Assembly: GCA_965228875.1 (NCBI GenBank)
Contig: OZ245843.1
Coordinates: 434,001 to 498,000, forward strand
Reading direction: 5' to 3'
DNA: 64,000 nucleotides
Source: Thalassobaculaceae bacterium
Lineage (GTDB): Bacteria; Pseudomonadota; Alphaproteobacteria; Thalassobaculales; Thalassobaculaceae
Every line of letters begins with the position of its first letter. The first letter of the stretch is position 1. Of the stretch, positions 20,748 to 34,415 are shown in pieces. The translations under genes were made by a program, and so were the position numbers. The notes below the pieces were generated by a model. It saw only the letters and a list, made by a program, of their open reading frames with translations, ran no database searches and had not been told where the DNA came from.

Positions 20748-21868
20748 CCCCAGTCCCTCCTGCGCGTCAGAAGCCAGATGAAGAACGGCCCGCCGATCAG
20801 GGCCGTCACGACGCCGATCGGGAGTTCGGCCGGCAGCGCGATGGTCCGCGCCAGCAGGTCGGCGAGCAGGAACAGCCCGGCGCCGAGCAGGATCGACCCG
20901 GGGATGACCCAGCGATGGTCGGGGCCGACGAGCAGGCGCACGATATGCGGCACCACCAGGCCGACGAACCCGATGATGCCGGACACAGAAACGGCGCCGC
21001 CGATAGCGACGGCGCTGAGCCCGATGGCCAGACGCTTGACCCGCTCCGGGTTGTGGCCGAGGTGGAAAGCCTCTCGCTCGCCCAGCAGCATGGCATTGAG
21101 CGCACCGCCGAGCCGCGGCAGGAGGGTCAGTGCCGCCAGCATAAGCGTCGCGGCCGGGAGCAGCGTCGGCCAACTGGCGCCGGCGACGCTGCCCAGGGTC
21201 CAGAATGACAGATCGCGCAGCTGCTGATCGTCGCTCAGGAAGATCAGGAAGCCGATTCCCGCCTGGGCGATGGCGGTGACGGCGATGCCGGCGAGCAGGG
21301 TGGTCGCGGCCATGGTCTGGCCGCCGACGGTGCCGAGGCGGTGCACGATGGCCGTCGCAGTCAGGCCGCCGGTCAGGGCGGCGACCGGCAGGACGAAGGG
21401 CCGGGCTTCCGCCGGCACCATGCCCAGCCAGGAGCCGCCGATGACGATGACCGAGACCGCGGCGAGAGCGGCGCCGCTGGACACCCCGATCAGCGCGGGG
21501 TCGGCCAATGGATTGCGGAAGATGCCCTGCATCACCGCGCCTGCCAGCGCGAGGGACGCGCCGATCAGGCAGCCGACGACGACGCGGGGCAGGCGGATCG
21601 ACCAGAAGACCAGGGCGTCGCGCGTCTCGGTCCGCCACGCCTGATCCCAGCCGAGGGCGTCGAGAACCAGGGCGCCGATGGTGGCGGGCGGGATGGTCAC
21701 GGCGCCGGTGCCGATCGCCAGAAAGACGGCGGCGACCAGAAACAGACCGCTGCCGGCGACGACCAGGACGCCGCGCCGGTCACGGGGGGTAAGCGCCGCA
21801 AGGCCGGCGAAACCGCGCCGGCCCTGTCCGTCGATCCCCCCGGAACCGGCCATCGTGGGAACCGTCAC
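20744..21868 (-). CDS. hmuU: Heme ABC permease (FecCD family)
   Basis: IRLPR, QGIFRNPLADP..IGVSSGA, FWTLGS, IGFVGLVVPH. Confidence 0.9.
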   Translation of the reverse strand: MTVPTMAGSGGIDGQGRRGFAGLAALTPRDRRGVLVVAGSGLFLVAAVFLAIGTGAVTIPPATIGALVLDALGWDQAWRTETRDALVFWSIRLPRVVVGCLIGASLALAGAVMQGIFRNPLADPALIGVSSGAALAAVSVIVIGGSWLGMVPAEARPFVLPVAALTGGLTATAIVHRLGTVGGQTMAATTLLAGIAVTAIAQAGIGFLIFLSDDQQLRDLSFWTLGSVAGASWPTLLPAATLMLAALTLLPRLGGALNAMLLGEREAFHLGHNPERVKRLAIGLSAVAIGGAVSVSGIIGFVGLVVPHIVRLLVGPDHRWVIPGSILLGAGLFLLADLLARTIALPAELPIGVVTALIGGPFFIWLLTRRRDWG

Positions 21869-22740
21869 CCGCTGTCTCCCGTCGTATCCGTCGACGGGTG
21901 GAAGGCGTTGGTCAGGATTTCGATCGCCTCGGCGACACGCGGTCCGAATCCGAAGACAAGCAGGCCGTCGACCGCCACGAGCCTGCGGTTCAGCGCGGCG
22001 TCGGTCGAGGCGATCTCGGGCCGGTCGAGGATCGCGTCGGCGCCGCCCATCTGCTGCACGGTGCGGTGCGGCACCAGGATGATCTCCGGATTGGCCAGGA
22101 CCGCCGCCTCCGGGGAAAGCGGCTTGTAGCCCTCGTAGCCGTCGATCGCGTTCACCCCTCCGGCGGCCTCGATGATGCCGGCGGCGGCGGTGTGGCGCCC
22201 CGCCGCCAGCGGAGCGCCCTTGCCGACGCTGAGCAGGAAAAGCACCCTGGGGGCCCGGGGCTTGGCTTTCGCCTGGGCCGACAGGGCATCCGCCTTCGTC
22301 GCCACTTCGGTCGCCAGTGCCTCGCCTGCCGCCGCGACGCCCAACGCCTCAGCGACCCGGCGGATCTTGGTCGGAACGCCGGCGACGTCGACCGTCGGCT
22401 CCAGGTGCACCAGCTCGACACCGGATGCGGTAATCTGATCGATGACCGCCCGTGGACCGGCATCGCCGTCGAGCAACACCAGGTCCGGCGCCAAGGCCAG
22501 GATCGGCTCTGCGGAGAGCGCGCGCATGTATCCGACGTTCGGCAGCTCGCGCGCTTCCTGCGGGTGCAGGCTCGTGGAGTCGACCGCCACCAACCGGTCG
22601 CCCTGGCCGAGCATGTAGACGATCTCGGTGATCGAGCCGCCGATCGACAGGATCCGAGCGGCCTCCTCGGCGCGGGCCGAGGAGACGCTCCAGAGGACCG
22701 CCGCCAGGAGCAGGGCGGCGCTGCGCATGGATGTCGGCAT
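21865..22740 (-). CDS. hmuT: Heme ABC periplasmic binding protein
   Basis: Signal peptide; GGSITEIVY, VDSTS, VGYMRALS.E, GFGPR. Confidence 0.9.
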   Translation of the reverse strand: MPTSMRSAALLLAAVLWSVSSARAEEAARILSIGGSITEIVYMLGQGDRLVAVDSTSLHPQEARELPNVGYMRALSAEPILALAPDLVLLDGDAGPRAVIDQITASGVELVHLEPTVDVAGVPTKIRRVAEALGVAAAGEALATEVATKADALSAQAKAKPRAPRVLFLLSVGKGAPLAAGRHTAAAGIIEAAGGVNAIDGYEGYKPLSPEAAVLANPEIILVPHRTVQQMGGADAILDRPEIASTDAALNRRLVAVDGLLVFGFGPRVAEAIEILTNAFHPSTDTTGDSG

Positions 22741-24875
22741 CAGAAGGCCAGCCGGTAGGCGACCGAACCCTTGACGTTGCGGCCCGGTTCGGAGACGCCG
22801 GAGAACACCCGCTCGTAGTCGCGGTCGAACACGTTGTCGACGCCGAGGTTGACGGTCAGCCCCTTCATCCAGTCGTCCTTCGGCGACCACTGGAGGTACA
22901 CGTCGAACACCGAGTAGCCGTCGCGCTTCTCGCTCTCGTCGTCGACATTGTCGAACTCTGAGGCGAATTCGCCCTCGACGCCGACGACCGTGTCGATCTC
23001 GTGGATCCGGAGGCCGATGTCGGTGACCAGCCGGTTCGGGGTCAGCACGCCCAGCGCCTCTCCGGTCTCCGTGTTCTCGCCGTCGATCGAGGAGAAGCCG
23101 GCGATCACGAAGAACCGGCGGGCATCGTAGGAGGCCTCGATCTCATAGCCTTCAAGCTCGGCGTCCTCCACGTTGACGGTATCCGTGGTGCCGGCGTTGC
23201 AGGACGTGTACGGCGGAATGAAGCAGCCGCGGGTCGGACCGGAGCTGTTGACCGCAATATCGATGAGGTTCTCGACCTCGGAGCGGAAATACGCGCCCTT
23301 CAGGTTGATGACGTCGTTCGTCAGGAAGGTGTTCTGACGTTCGTAGCCGACGCCGAACTCGAGCGTGTCGGCGACTTCGGGCTCAAGCTGCGGGTTGGGC
23401 ACGAAACTGTTCACCGCGGTCCGGCCGTTGCCGAGCGGGATCGCGAAGTGGGTCCCTTCATTGTACAGCTCGTTGATCGACGGAGCGCGGAAGGCGCGGC
23501 CGTAGCTGGCGAAACCGACCAGCCCCGGCACCGGCTCGTAGGAGATCGCCGCCTTGGGGGAGATCTCGTCGTCGCTGATGCTGTCGTCGATGTCCGAGTC
23601 CGCGGAGAACGAGTCGAAGCGCACGCCGGGGATGAAACGGATGGTGCCGGGCAGCAGATCGCCGACCTCGAACTCGCCCTGCAGGAAAGCGCCGGCGAAC
23701 TCGGCCTCGGCGTCGGGCACGCCGGAACGGGTGCCGTCGGCGCTGTTCGAATCGTAGCCCGTCTGCTCGTCGCGCGACGCCTCGACGCCGTAGGTCAGCG
23801 TCAGTGTGGAGGCTGCGGACAGCGCGAACCTGCTGCGGTTGTCGATGAACAGGCCGTAGGTGTCGACGTCCTGTTCGGTGATCCGGCCGCTCTCGACATA
23901 GGTCTGATCGACCTGGGAATTCGTGAAGTAGAACGAGCCATCCACATCCAGCCAGGTCGAGCCGAGGGGCGCATATTGGACCTGCGCGCGGACCGTGTCG
24001 CTGCGGATGTCCTTGTCGGTGATGTCGGAATCGGCGGCGGTGTTGGCATTTTGGCCGTTGGCCGGCTCGGTGGCGTTGTTGTTGAACACCAGATAGGAGA
24101 GCGAGACGGCGAGGTCGGGCGTCATATCGGCATCGACCTTGGCGAGACCGGACAGGATGTCGTCGTCGGACAGGAGTTCCCTGCCGTTGCCGAGCTTGAT
24201 GTCGTCGGAATCGCGCTTCACTACGCCGGCGAGCAACCCGACCCCGTCGGTTGGCTTGCCCGCGATCACGAGGCTCTCGGTGAACTCTTCGCTGCCGTCC
24301 TGGTAGCCGATCTTGGCGCGGCCGCCGACGGTCTCGTCCGCGTCCAGCATGTCCGACGCGGACAGGGTGCGCAGCGAGATCATGCCGCCAAGCGCGCCAC
24401 TGCCGTAGAGCGAGGAGGAGGGACCGCGCAGAACCTCTCCGCCGGCCAGCAGGGAGGGGTCGACGAACACCCGGCCGTTGTGACCGGAGACGAAGTTCTG
24501 GCGGGCGCCGTCGATCCGGACCTGCACGTTCTCCCCTTCGAAGCCGCGTATCGTCGGCACCTGTCCGGTCCGCCGCGGGCCGCCCTCGAAGTGGACGCCG
24601 GGTACCGCGCGGAACATGTCGTCCAGGGTGTCGGGATCCTTGCGGTCGATATCCTCGCGGTCGATGACCGTGACCATGCCCGGATACCGCAGGGCCGAGA
24701 TCGGGCTGCGGGTGGCGGTGTTGGAGATCGGTCCGAGTTCGACCCGCGCCGCGGCGGACCCGCCGCCCGTCGTGTCGCCGTTGGCCGTCTGCGCCCGGAC
24801 CTCGCCTGCGCTGCCTGCCATCGCGGCGCCCATGGCCGCGGCGGCGAAGACCGTGAGAATTGTCTTCGAACCCAC
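22740..24875 (-). CDS. hmuR: TonB-dependent heme/hemoglobin receptor
   Basis: Plug IRG..IDGARQ..GH.GR, FRAP and NPQL motifs, C-terminal F; GTG start after GGGGGATGGA. Confidence 0.9.
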   Translation of the reverse strand: MGSKTILTVFAAAAMGAAMAGSAGEVRAQTANGDTTGGGSAAARVELGPISNTATRSPISALRYPGMVTVIDREDIDRKDPDTLDDMFRAVPGVHFEGGPRRTGQVPTIRGFEGENVQVRIDGARQNFVSGHNGRVFVDPSLLAGGEVLRGPSSSLYGSGALGGMISLRTLSASDMLDADETVGGRAKIGYQDGSEEFTESLVIAGKPTDGVGLLAGVVKRDSDDIKLGNGRELLSDDDILSGLAKVDADMTPDLAVSLSYLVFNNNATEPANGQNANTAADSDITDKDIRSDTVRAQVQYAPLGSTWLDVDGSFYFTNSQVDQTYVESGRITEQDVDTYGLFIDNRSRFALSAASTLTLTYGVEASRDEQTGYDSNSADGTRSGVPDAEAEFAGAFLQGEFEVGDLLPGTIRFIPGVRFDSFSADSDIDDSISDDEISPKAAISYEPVPGLVGFASYGRAFRAPSINELYNEGTHFAIPLGNGRTAVNSFVPNPQLEPEVADTLEFGVGYERQNTFLTNDVINLKGAYFRSEVENLIDIAVNSSGPTRGCFIPPYTSCNAGTTDTVNVEDAELEGYEIEASYDARRFFVIAGFSSIDGENTETGEALGVLTPNRLVTDIGLRIHEIDTVVGVEGEFASEFDNVDDESEKRDGYSVFDVYLQWSPKDDWMKGLTVNLGVDNVFDRDYERVFSGVSEPGRNVKGSVAYRLAF

Positions 24876-24929
24876 TCCATCCCCCTGTGCATAGGATCGA
24901 CTGCCGACGGTGTGTCGGGTTGGCGGGAC

Positions 24930-24983
24930 GATAATGAGAATGACTCGCATAAGCAAGATATTTGATATTGCGGATCATTCGCG
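24930..24983. promoter_or_regulatory. Two Fur-type boxes
   Basis: GATAATGAGAATGACTCGC (24930-24948, 14/19 to GATAATGATAATCATTATC) and GATATTGCGGATCATTCGC (24964-24982). Confidence 0.75.
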
Positions 24984-25018
24984 ATATATGGCGCCTCCAT
25001 CACACAGAAGAGGCGTCC

Positions 25019-25330
25019 ATGTTCATCGCGATGAATCGTTTCCAGGTTGCGAAAGGTTCCGAGGAGGAATTCGAGAAGGTCTGGGCGGAGCGCGACAGCC
25101 ACCTGAACGAGGTTCCGGGATTCGTCCAGTTCCATCTTCTGCGCGGCCCGGAGGCCGAGGACCACACGCTGTACGCGTCGCACACGCTGTGGCGCGACCG
25201 GGGGGCCTTCGAGGACTGGACCCGGTCCGAGGCGTTCCGCAAGGCCCACGCCGGCGCCGGCGACCGAAAGTCTCTGTATCTCGGTCATCCGCAGTTCGAA
25301 GGCTTCGACATCATCCTCGAGCTGCAGTGA
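25019..25330 (+). CDS. IsdG/HmuQ-like heme-degrading monooxygenase (ABM family)
   Basis: MFIAMNRF, VPGF..F.LL, W..SEAFRKAH; next to the heme locus. Confidence 0.85.
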   Translation: MFIAMNRFQVAKGSEEEFEKVWAERDSHLNEVPGFVQFHLLRGPEAEDHTLYASHTLWRDRGAFEDWTRSEAFRKAHAGAGDRKSLYLGHPQFEGFDIILELQ

Positions 25331-25396
25331 GCTGAGACGACCCGTGAACTGAGACGGGCCGTGAACTGAGACGGGCCGTGAACTGAGACGGGCCGT
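25327..25396. repeat. 17-bp tandem repeat x4
   Basis: GTGAACTGAGACGGGCC, three perfect copies (25344-25394) plus one degenerate first copy. Confidence 0.95.
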
Positions 25397-25398
25397 AG

Positions 25399-27150
<1,752 letters not shown>

Positions 27151-27187
27151 TGGCGCGGTCGGCGATGGGGATGCGTCGGAGTGAGGA

Positions 27188-27262
27188 TGGTGGGCGCGGC
27201 TGGGATTGAACCAGCGACCCCTGCCGTGTGAAGGCAGTGCTCTCCCGCTGAGCTACGCGCCC
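27188..27262 (-). tRNA. tRNA-Val (anticodon CAC)
   Basis: GGGCGCG acceptor stem, TAGCTCAG D-arm, CTGCC-TTCACAC-GGCAG anticodon arm, GGTTCAATCC T-arm, encoded CCA. Confidence 0.97.
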
Positions 27263-27364
27263 GTTCCGGTCGGGAACGCGGTATCTACGCAGCGCGGCCG
27301 GCCTTGTCAATCGCCCTTGTTGGTCGATTGCCGGCTTCGCGTCGCGGACGGTGCCGCTGCCCGA

Positions 27365-28036
27365 TCATAGACCGAGAAGCGGCGGCAGGGCGGCCAGCGT
27401 GTCAATCCGGGCGTCGGCGTCGATCTCGTCCAGCGGCGTGCGGGCGTACCCCCAGGTCACCAGGACGGCGCCGGTGTCGGCGCCGCGCGCCACGGTCATG
27501 TCGTGTTCGTTGTCGCCGACCATGACGGCGGCGCTTGGAGCCACGTCCAGCAGCGCCAGGGTATCGAGCAGGTGACGCGGGTCGGGCTTGCGATAGGCGA
27601 ACCGGTCGCCGCCGGCGACGGCGTCCACGTGCCCGGCAAGGCCGAGGGTCTCCAGGACCGCTTCGGCCGGACGCTGCGGCTTGTTGGTGCAGACCGCGAT
27701 CGCCAGGCCGGCGCCCTTGAGCCGCGCCAGAGTCTCCTCGGCGCCCGGATAGGTTCGGGTCCGGCCGGCGACGTCGCCCTCGTATTCGGCGATGAAACGC
27801 GGCACCAGGGCGTCGAGGGCGGCTCCGTCCGCCGCAGTGCCGGTCGCGGCCCAGGCGCGTTCCACGAAGACCCGGCTGCCGTCGCCGATGAAACGCCGCA
27901 CCTCGCCGCCGGACAGGGGGCGTCGGCCCTCGGCGGCGAGCAGGCGGTTGGCGGCGGCGCCCAGGTCGTCGGCGCTGTCGATCAGGGTGCCGTCGAGGTC
28001 GAAGACGACCGCGGTCGCGGAGTCGGGCAGGGGCAT
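27365..28036 (-). CDS. gph: Phosphoglycolate phosphatase (HAD)
   Basis: FDLDGTLIDS, CTNKP, KPDP, MVGD; divergent from glmU. Confidence 0.88.
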   Translation of the reverse strand: MPLPDSATAVVFDLDGTLIDSADDLGAAANRLLAAEGRRPLSGGEVRRFIGDGSRVFVERAWAATGTAADGAALDALVPRFIAEYEGDVAGRTRTYPGAEETLARLKGAGLAIAVCTNKPQRPAEAVLETLGLAGHVDAVAGGDRFAYRKPDPRHLLDTLALLDVAPSAAVMVGDNEHDMTVARGADTGAVLVTWGYARTPLDEIDADARIDTLAALPPLLGL

Positions 28037-28206
28037 GGGGTTTCCGGCGGTGAGAGGCGGGGGGAGGGCGAGGAAAGGCTTGCGGCTGTTACACTCCGTT
28101 GCAAAACGTGTGTTCGTCAATGGCCGGCGGCGGTGGCATCGTCGGCGCCGAATTGATCGGCGGCGGAAGCCGCGAGGCCGATCCGATGCGAAGGAGCCTG
28201 TCGAAG

Positions 28207-29565
28207 ATGAGCGAGCGCGTTGCTGCCGTGGTCCTGTCCGCCGGAATGGGGACGCGGATGAAATCGGCGCTGCCGAAGGTGCTGCATCCAGTGGCGGGCA
28301 AACCGATGATCGGCTGGGTCCTGGACGCCGTCGATGGGCTCGGCGCCGATCCGGCGGTGGTCGTCACGGCGCCGGTCCAGGATGCGGTCCGCGAGGCGGT
28401 GAGCGCACGGGCGAACACGGCCATCCAGGAGACGCCGCTTGGGACGGGGCACGCTGTCATGGCGTCGGCCGAGGCGCTGAAACCCTGGTGCGCCGGCGGT
28501 GGAACGGTGCTGGTGCTGTTCGGCGACACGCCGATGATCACCGCGGACACCATGGCCCGGATGGTGGCGGCGCGCCGTGCGGCGGACAATCCCGCGGTCG
28601 TCGTCCTCGGTTTTGAGCCGGAGGATCCCGGCCTCTACGGCCGTCTCATCGTGTCCCCCGACCACCATCTGGAGCGTATCGTCGAGGCCCGCGACGCCAC
28701 GCCTTACGAACTGGAGATCCGCCTGTGCAATGGCGGGGTGATGGCGATCGACGCCGCCCTGCTGTTCGAGTTGCTGGGGCGGATCGGCAATACCAACGCC
28801 AAGGGCGAGTACTATCTGACCGATGTGGTCGGCATCGCCCGCGAACTGGACCGGCGCTGCGCGGTGGTGACCTGCGACCCGGTCGAGGCCCAGGGGGTCG
28901 ATTCGCGCGCCGGCCTGGCCCGGGCCGAGGCGGCGATGCAGGATCGGCTGCGCGCGGCGGCGATGGCGGACGGGGTGACGATGACCGCGCCGGAGACGGT
29001 GTTCCTGACCCACGACACCCGGCTCGCCCGGGACGTGACGGTCGGCCCGCACGTCGTCTTCGGTCCCGGCGTGACGGTCGAGGAGGGTGCGGAGATCCGC
29101 GCCTTCAGTCACCTGGAGGGCGCCCATGTCGGCCCCGGCGCCCTGGTCGGGCCCTATGCCCGGCTGCGACCCGGCGCGCGGATCGGCGCCGCCGCCCACA
29201 TAGGCAATTTCGTCGAGGTGAAGAACGCCGAAATCGCCGACGGCGCCAAGGCCAACCACCTGAGCTATATCGGCGATGCCCGCGTCGGTTCGGGCGCGAA
29301 CATCGGGGCCGGGACCATTACCTGCAATTACGACGGTTTCAGCAAGCACCGCACGGAGATCGGCGCCGGCGCGTTCATCGGCTCCAACACCGCGCTGGTT
29401 GCACCGGTGACCGTTGGCGACGGTGCCGTTGTCGGGGCGGGCTCCACGATCACCCGAGACGTTGCCGGCGACGCCATGGTCGTGGAGCGCGGGGAGACCA
29501 AGACGGTGCCGGGCGGAGGCGCGCGCTTCCGCAGTGCCAAGAGCAGAAAGAAGACGAAGGGCTGA
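28207..29565 (+). CDS. glmU: Bifunctional UDP-GlcNAc pyrophosphorylase/acetyltransferase
   Basis: AGMGTRMKS.LPKVLH, GEYYLTD, hexapeptide repeats, GNFVEVK, CNYDG. Confidence 0.96.
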   Translation: MSERVAAVVLSAGMGTRMKSALPKVLHPVAGKPMIGWVLDAVDGLGADPAVVVTAPVQDAVREAVSARANTAIQETPLGTGHAVMASAEALKPWCAGGGTVLVLFGDTPMITADTMARMVAARRAADNPAVVVLGFEPEDPGLYGRLIVSPDHHLERIVEARDATPYELEIRLCNGGVMAIDAALLFELLGRIGNTNAKGEYYLTDVVGIARELDRRCAVVTCDPVEAQGVDSRAGLARAEAAMQDRLRAAAMADGVTMTAPETVFLTHDTRLARDVTVGPHVVFGPGVTVEEGAEIRAFSHLEGAHVGPGALVGPYARLRPGARIGAAAHIGNFVEVKNAEIADGAKANHLSYIGDARVGSGANIGAGTITCNYDGFSKHRTEIGAGAFIGSNTALVAPVTVGDGAVVGAGSTITRDVAGDAMVVERGETKTVPGGGARFRSAKSRKKTKG

Positions 29566-29568
29566 ACC

Positions 29569-31388
<1,820 letters not shown>

Positions 31389-31392
<4 letters not shown>

Positions 31393-32282
31393 GGGACGAC
31401 ACCGCCGCCGCCGAGGCGCTGTTCGAGCGCTGGTGCTCCCCCGGCACGCCGGAGACCCGGCCGGGAGACACCGCGCTCGGCGAACAGGCGACACGCGGAA
31501 GACTGATGGTCTCGGGTGTCCAGGAGGGCCTGACCGACGAGATCAGCACTTACCGGTGGGAGCCTTCGGAGCCGGCTCCCGGCCGGCCCTGCGTGGTGCT
31601 GGTCCACGGCTGGGGCTCCCGGGCCACGCACTTCGCCGCGATCATCCGCGCGCTGACCGCCAAGGGGATGCGGTGTGCCGCGTTCGACGCTCCGGGCCAC
31701 GGCGAGAGCGGTGGTGCCACGGCGACGCTGCCGCGCATCGCCACGGCGTTCCGCCGGCTCTGCGCGGAACTCGCGGACGAGGGGACGCCGCCGGTTGCGG
31801 CGGTCGGGTACTCGTTCGGCGGGCTGGCCGCCGGGCTTGCCTGCGTTCCGGAGGTGATCGCCGGGGAACCGACCGCCCTGCCGGCCCTGGCGCTGATCTC
31901 CACTCCGGTGACCCTGGCTTCGGCGACCCGGCGCTGGCTGGAGATGGCGGGGGAGCCTGCAGAGCGGGCGGCGGACCTGATGACCGCGTTGAGGCGCCGT
32001 GGATACGAGGGCGACCGGTTCGACCTGCTCAAGGCGGCGTCCGCGTTGCCGGAACGTCTGCTGATCCTGCACGACCGGAGCGATGAGGAGGTGCCGACCT
32101 CCGATGCCGAGGCCCTGGCTTCGCAGCGGCCGGACGCGACCCTGGAACTGACCGAGCGGTTCGGCCATGCCCGCATGCTGCTGGCCCGACCGGTGGCGCG
32201 GGCGGTTGCGGAGTTCGTCCTGTCTGAAGCCGTCGACCGGCCGTCGGGTCGACCGGCACCCACCGGGGCGGCGCCGTCCTGA
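31389..32282 (+). CDS. Alpha/beta hydrolase
   Basis: LVHGW, FDAPGHG, GYSFGG, HDRSD, GH; ATGA overlap with glmS. Confidence 0.82.
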
Positions 32283-32292
32283 CCGGCAGCGC

Positions 32293-32802
32293 TCAGCCGG
32301 GCCGGTCGCGCACCATCATCAACTCGTCGCCATATCGCCCGGCGTGTTTCAGGGCTTTCGGGATCGTGCCGACCGCGCGAAATCCAAGCCGCGCGTAAAG
32401 GCGGGCGGCGGAGGTATTGTCCGCCCGCACGTTAAGTTCGGTGAAGTCCAGCTCCGCTCGGGCATCGGCGTGATCGAGCAGGGCGCGCATCACAGCCTCG
32501 CCGAGACCGCGCCCGCGCCAGGGGCCGGCGACGAAAACGCCCCAGATGAAGCCGCGGTGGCGCACGTTGCCGCCGGCACCGTCGCGCAATCCTGCAAGGG
32601 CGACAGCCGTACCCGCCTGAAACCCGCAGAAGATCGCGTTCGCCGGGTCCGTCAGCCGGTCGCGCCAGAACTCATCCGGTCGGTCGATCTCCTGATCCAG
32701 CGTGGTCCCGTAGACCTCGGGCGCCTCTCGCAGCGCCTGTATCCGGATCGCCCGGAGCGCCGACCAGTCGTCCGGCTGCAGCCGGCGGATGTCGGCGGCC
32801 AT
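32293..32802 (-). CDS. GNAT acetyltransferase
   Basis: VFV...RGRGLG, N.SA.RLY.RLGF. Confidence 0.88.
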   Translation of the reverse strand: MAADIRRLQPDDWSALRAIRIQALREAPEVYGTTLDQEIDRPDEFWRDRLTDPANAIFCGFQAGTAVALAGLRDGAGGNVRHRGFIWGVFVAGPWRGRGLGEAVMRALLDHADARAELDFTELNVRADNTSAARLYARLGFRAVGTIPKALKHAGRYGDELMMVRDRPG

Positions 32803-32896
32803 CGATTTCCCTCCCTTCAAATCGTCCCGGCGGTGCCTATAGTACGGGCAATCAAACCGACATCACATGCCGTCAAGGCAACCGAGGGAGCACATC

Positions 32897-34375
32897 ATGG
32901 ATCTCGCCAGCCGCCTCAAGGACCCGGAGCTGTTCAAGCAGCAGTGCTACGTCAACGGCGAGTGGGTCGGGGCCGACAACGGCGGCACGGTCGATGTCGA
33001 GGACCCGGCGACCGGGCGCAAGATCGGCACCATCCCGGACATGGGCGAGGCGGAGACCCGCCGGGCGATCGAGGCGGCCAACGCCGCGTGGAAGGGCTGG
33101 CGCGAGAAGACCGGCAAGGAGCGCGGCCAGATCCTGCGCAAATGGTTCGAGCTGATGATGGCGGCCCAGGACGACCTCGGCGCCATCATGACCGCCGAAC
33201 AGGGCAAGCCGCTCGCCGAGGCCAAGGGGGAGATCGCCTACGGCGCCTCCTTCGTCGAGTGGTTCTCCGAGGAGGCCAAGCGGACCTACGGCGATGTCAT
33301 CCCGAACCACGCGCCGGGCAAGCGCATCGTCGTCATCAAGCAGCCGGTCGGCGTGGTCGGGGCGATCACCCCGTGGAACTTCCCGAACTCGATGATCACC
33401 CGCAAATGTGCGCCGGCGCTGGCCGTCGGCTGTCCGGTGGTCATCAAGCCGGCCAAGCTGACCCCGTACTCGGCCCTGGCCCTGGCGGTGCTCGCGGAGC
33501 GCGCGGGCATCCCCGCCGGCGTTTTCAACGTCGTCATCGGCAAGAGCGCGTCGGCCATCGGCACCGAGCTCGCCACCAATCCGATCGTGCGCAAGATCGG
33601 CTTCACCGGCTCGACCCCGATCGGCAAGCAGCTCATGGCCCAGGCCGCCGGCACGGTGAAGAAGGTCAGCCTGGAACTCGGCGGCAACGCGCCGATGATC
33701 ATCTTCGACGACGCCGATATCGAGCCGGCGGTCCAGGGCACGATCCTGTCGAAGTTCCGCAACACCGGACAGACCTGCGTGTGCGCCAACCGGATCTTCG
33801 TGCAGGACGGCATCTACGACAGGTTCTCCGAGGCACTGGCTGAGGCGGTCGCCAAGATGAAGCAGGGCAACGGCTTCGATGACGGCGTGGTGCTCGGCCC
33901 GCTGGTCGAGGGCTCGGCCGTCGACAAGGTCGAGGAGCATGTGGTCGACGCCGTGGGCAAGGGCGCCCGGGTCGCGACCGGCGGGGCGCGTCTCACCGAT
34001 CTGGGGGTGAATTTCTACGCGCCGACGGTCCTGACCGGCGCCACGACCGACATGAAGATCTTCCGTGAGGAGACCTTCGGCCCGGTGGCCCCGCTGTTCC
34101 GGTTTAAGACCGAGGAGGAGGTCATCGCCCAGGCCAACGACACCGAATACGGCTTGGCGTCCTACTTCTATGCCCGCGATCTCGGCCGGGTCTGGCGGGT
34201 CGCCGAGGCCCTGGAATACGGCATGGTCGGCGTGAACGAGGGGGTGATCTCCACCGAAGTCGCCCCGTTCGGCGGCATGAAGGAGAGCGGCCTCGGCCGC
34301 GAGGGCTCCAAATACGGCGCCGACGAGTTCACCGAGATCAAGTACATCCTGATGGGCGGCATCGGGGCGCCGTGA
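32897..34375 (+). CDS. gabD: Succinate-semialdehyde dehydrogenase (NAD(P)+)
   Basis: ITPWNFP, FTGST, LELGGNAP, KFRNTGQTCVC, EETFGP, GREGSKYG. Confidence 0.92.
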   Translation: MDLASRLKDPELFKQQCYVNGEWVGADNGGTVDVEDPATGRKIGTIPDMGEAETRRAIEAANAAWKGWREKTGKERGQILRKWFELMMAAQDDLGAIMTAEQGKPLAEAKGEIAYGASFVEWFSEEAKRTYGDVIPNHAPGKRIVVIKQPVGVVGAITPWNFPNSMITRKCAPALAVGCPVVIKPAKLTPYSALALAVLAERAGIPAGVFNVVIGKSASAIGTELATNPIVRKIGFTGSTPIGKQLMAQAAGTVKKVSLELGGNAPMIIFDDADIEPAVQGTILSKFRNTGQTCVCANRIFVQDGIYDRFSEALAEAVAKMKQGNGFDDGVVLGPLVEGSAVDKVEEHVVDAVGKGARVATGGARLTDLGVNFYAPTVLTGATTDMKIFREETFGPVAPLFRFKTEEEVIAQANDTEYGLASYFYARDLGRVWRVAEALEYGMVGVNEGVISTEVAPFGGMKESGLGREGSKYGADEFTEIKYILMGGIGAP

Positions 34376-34415
34376 CGCGTCCCGTCATGTGAGATCGATT
34401 GCGGGCCGGGCGGGA

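Noticed and set aside
19956..21638. Long N-terminal extensions in the ORF track (hmuV, livM, SDR 10597, pncB 41576, paaC, paaE, 39163-41052)
   Set aside because: They overlap upstream genes in another frame; the real starts sit at stop/start overlaps or after an RBS
25327..25396. Possible CRISPR array
   Set aside because: Units are 17 bp and contiguous, with no spacers and no cas genes
27188..27262. tRNA-Val as an island integration site
   Set aside because: Flanked by housekeeping pgm and gph; no integrase, and no duplicated 3' end noticed by eye
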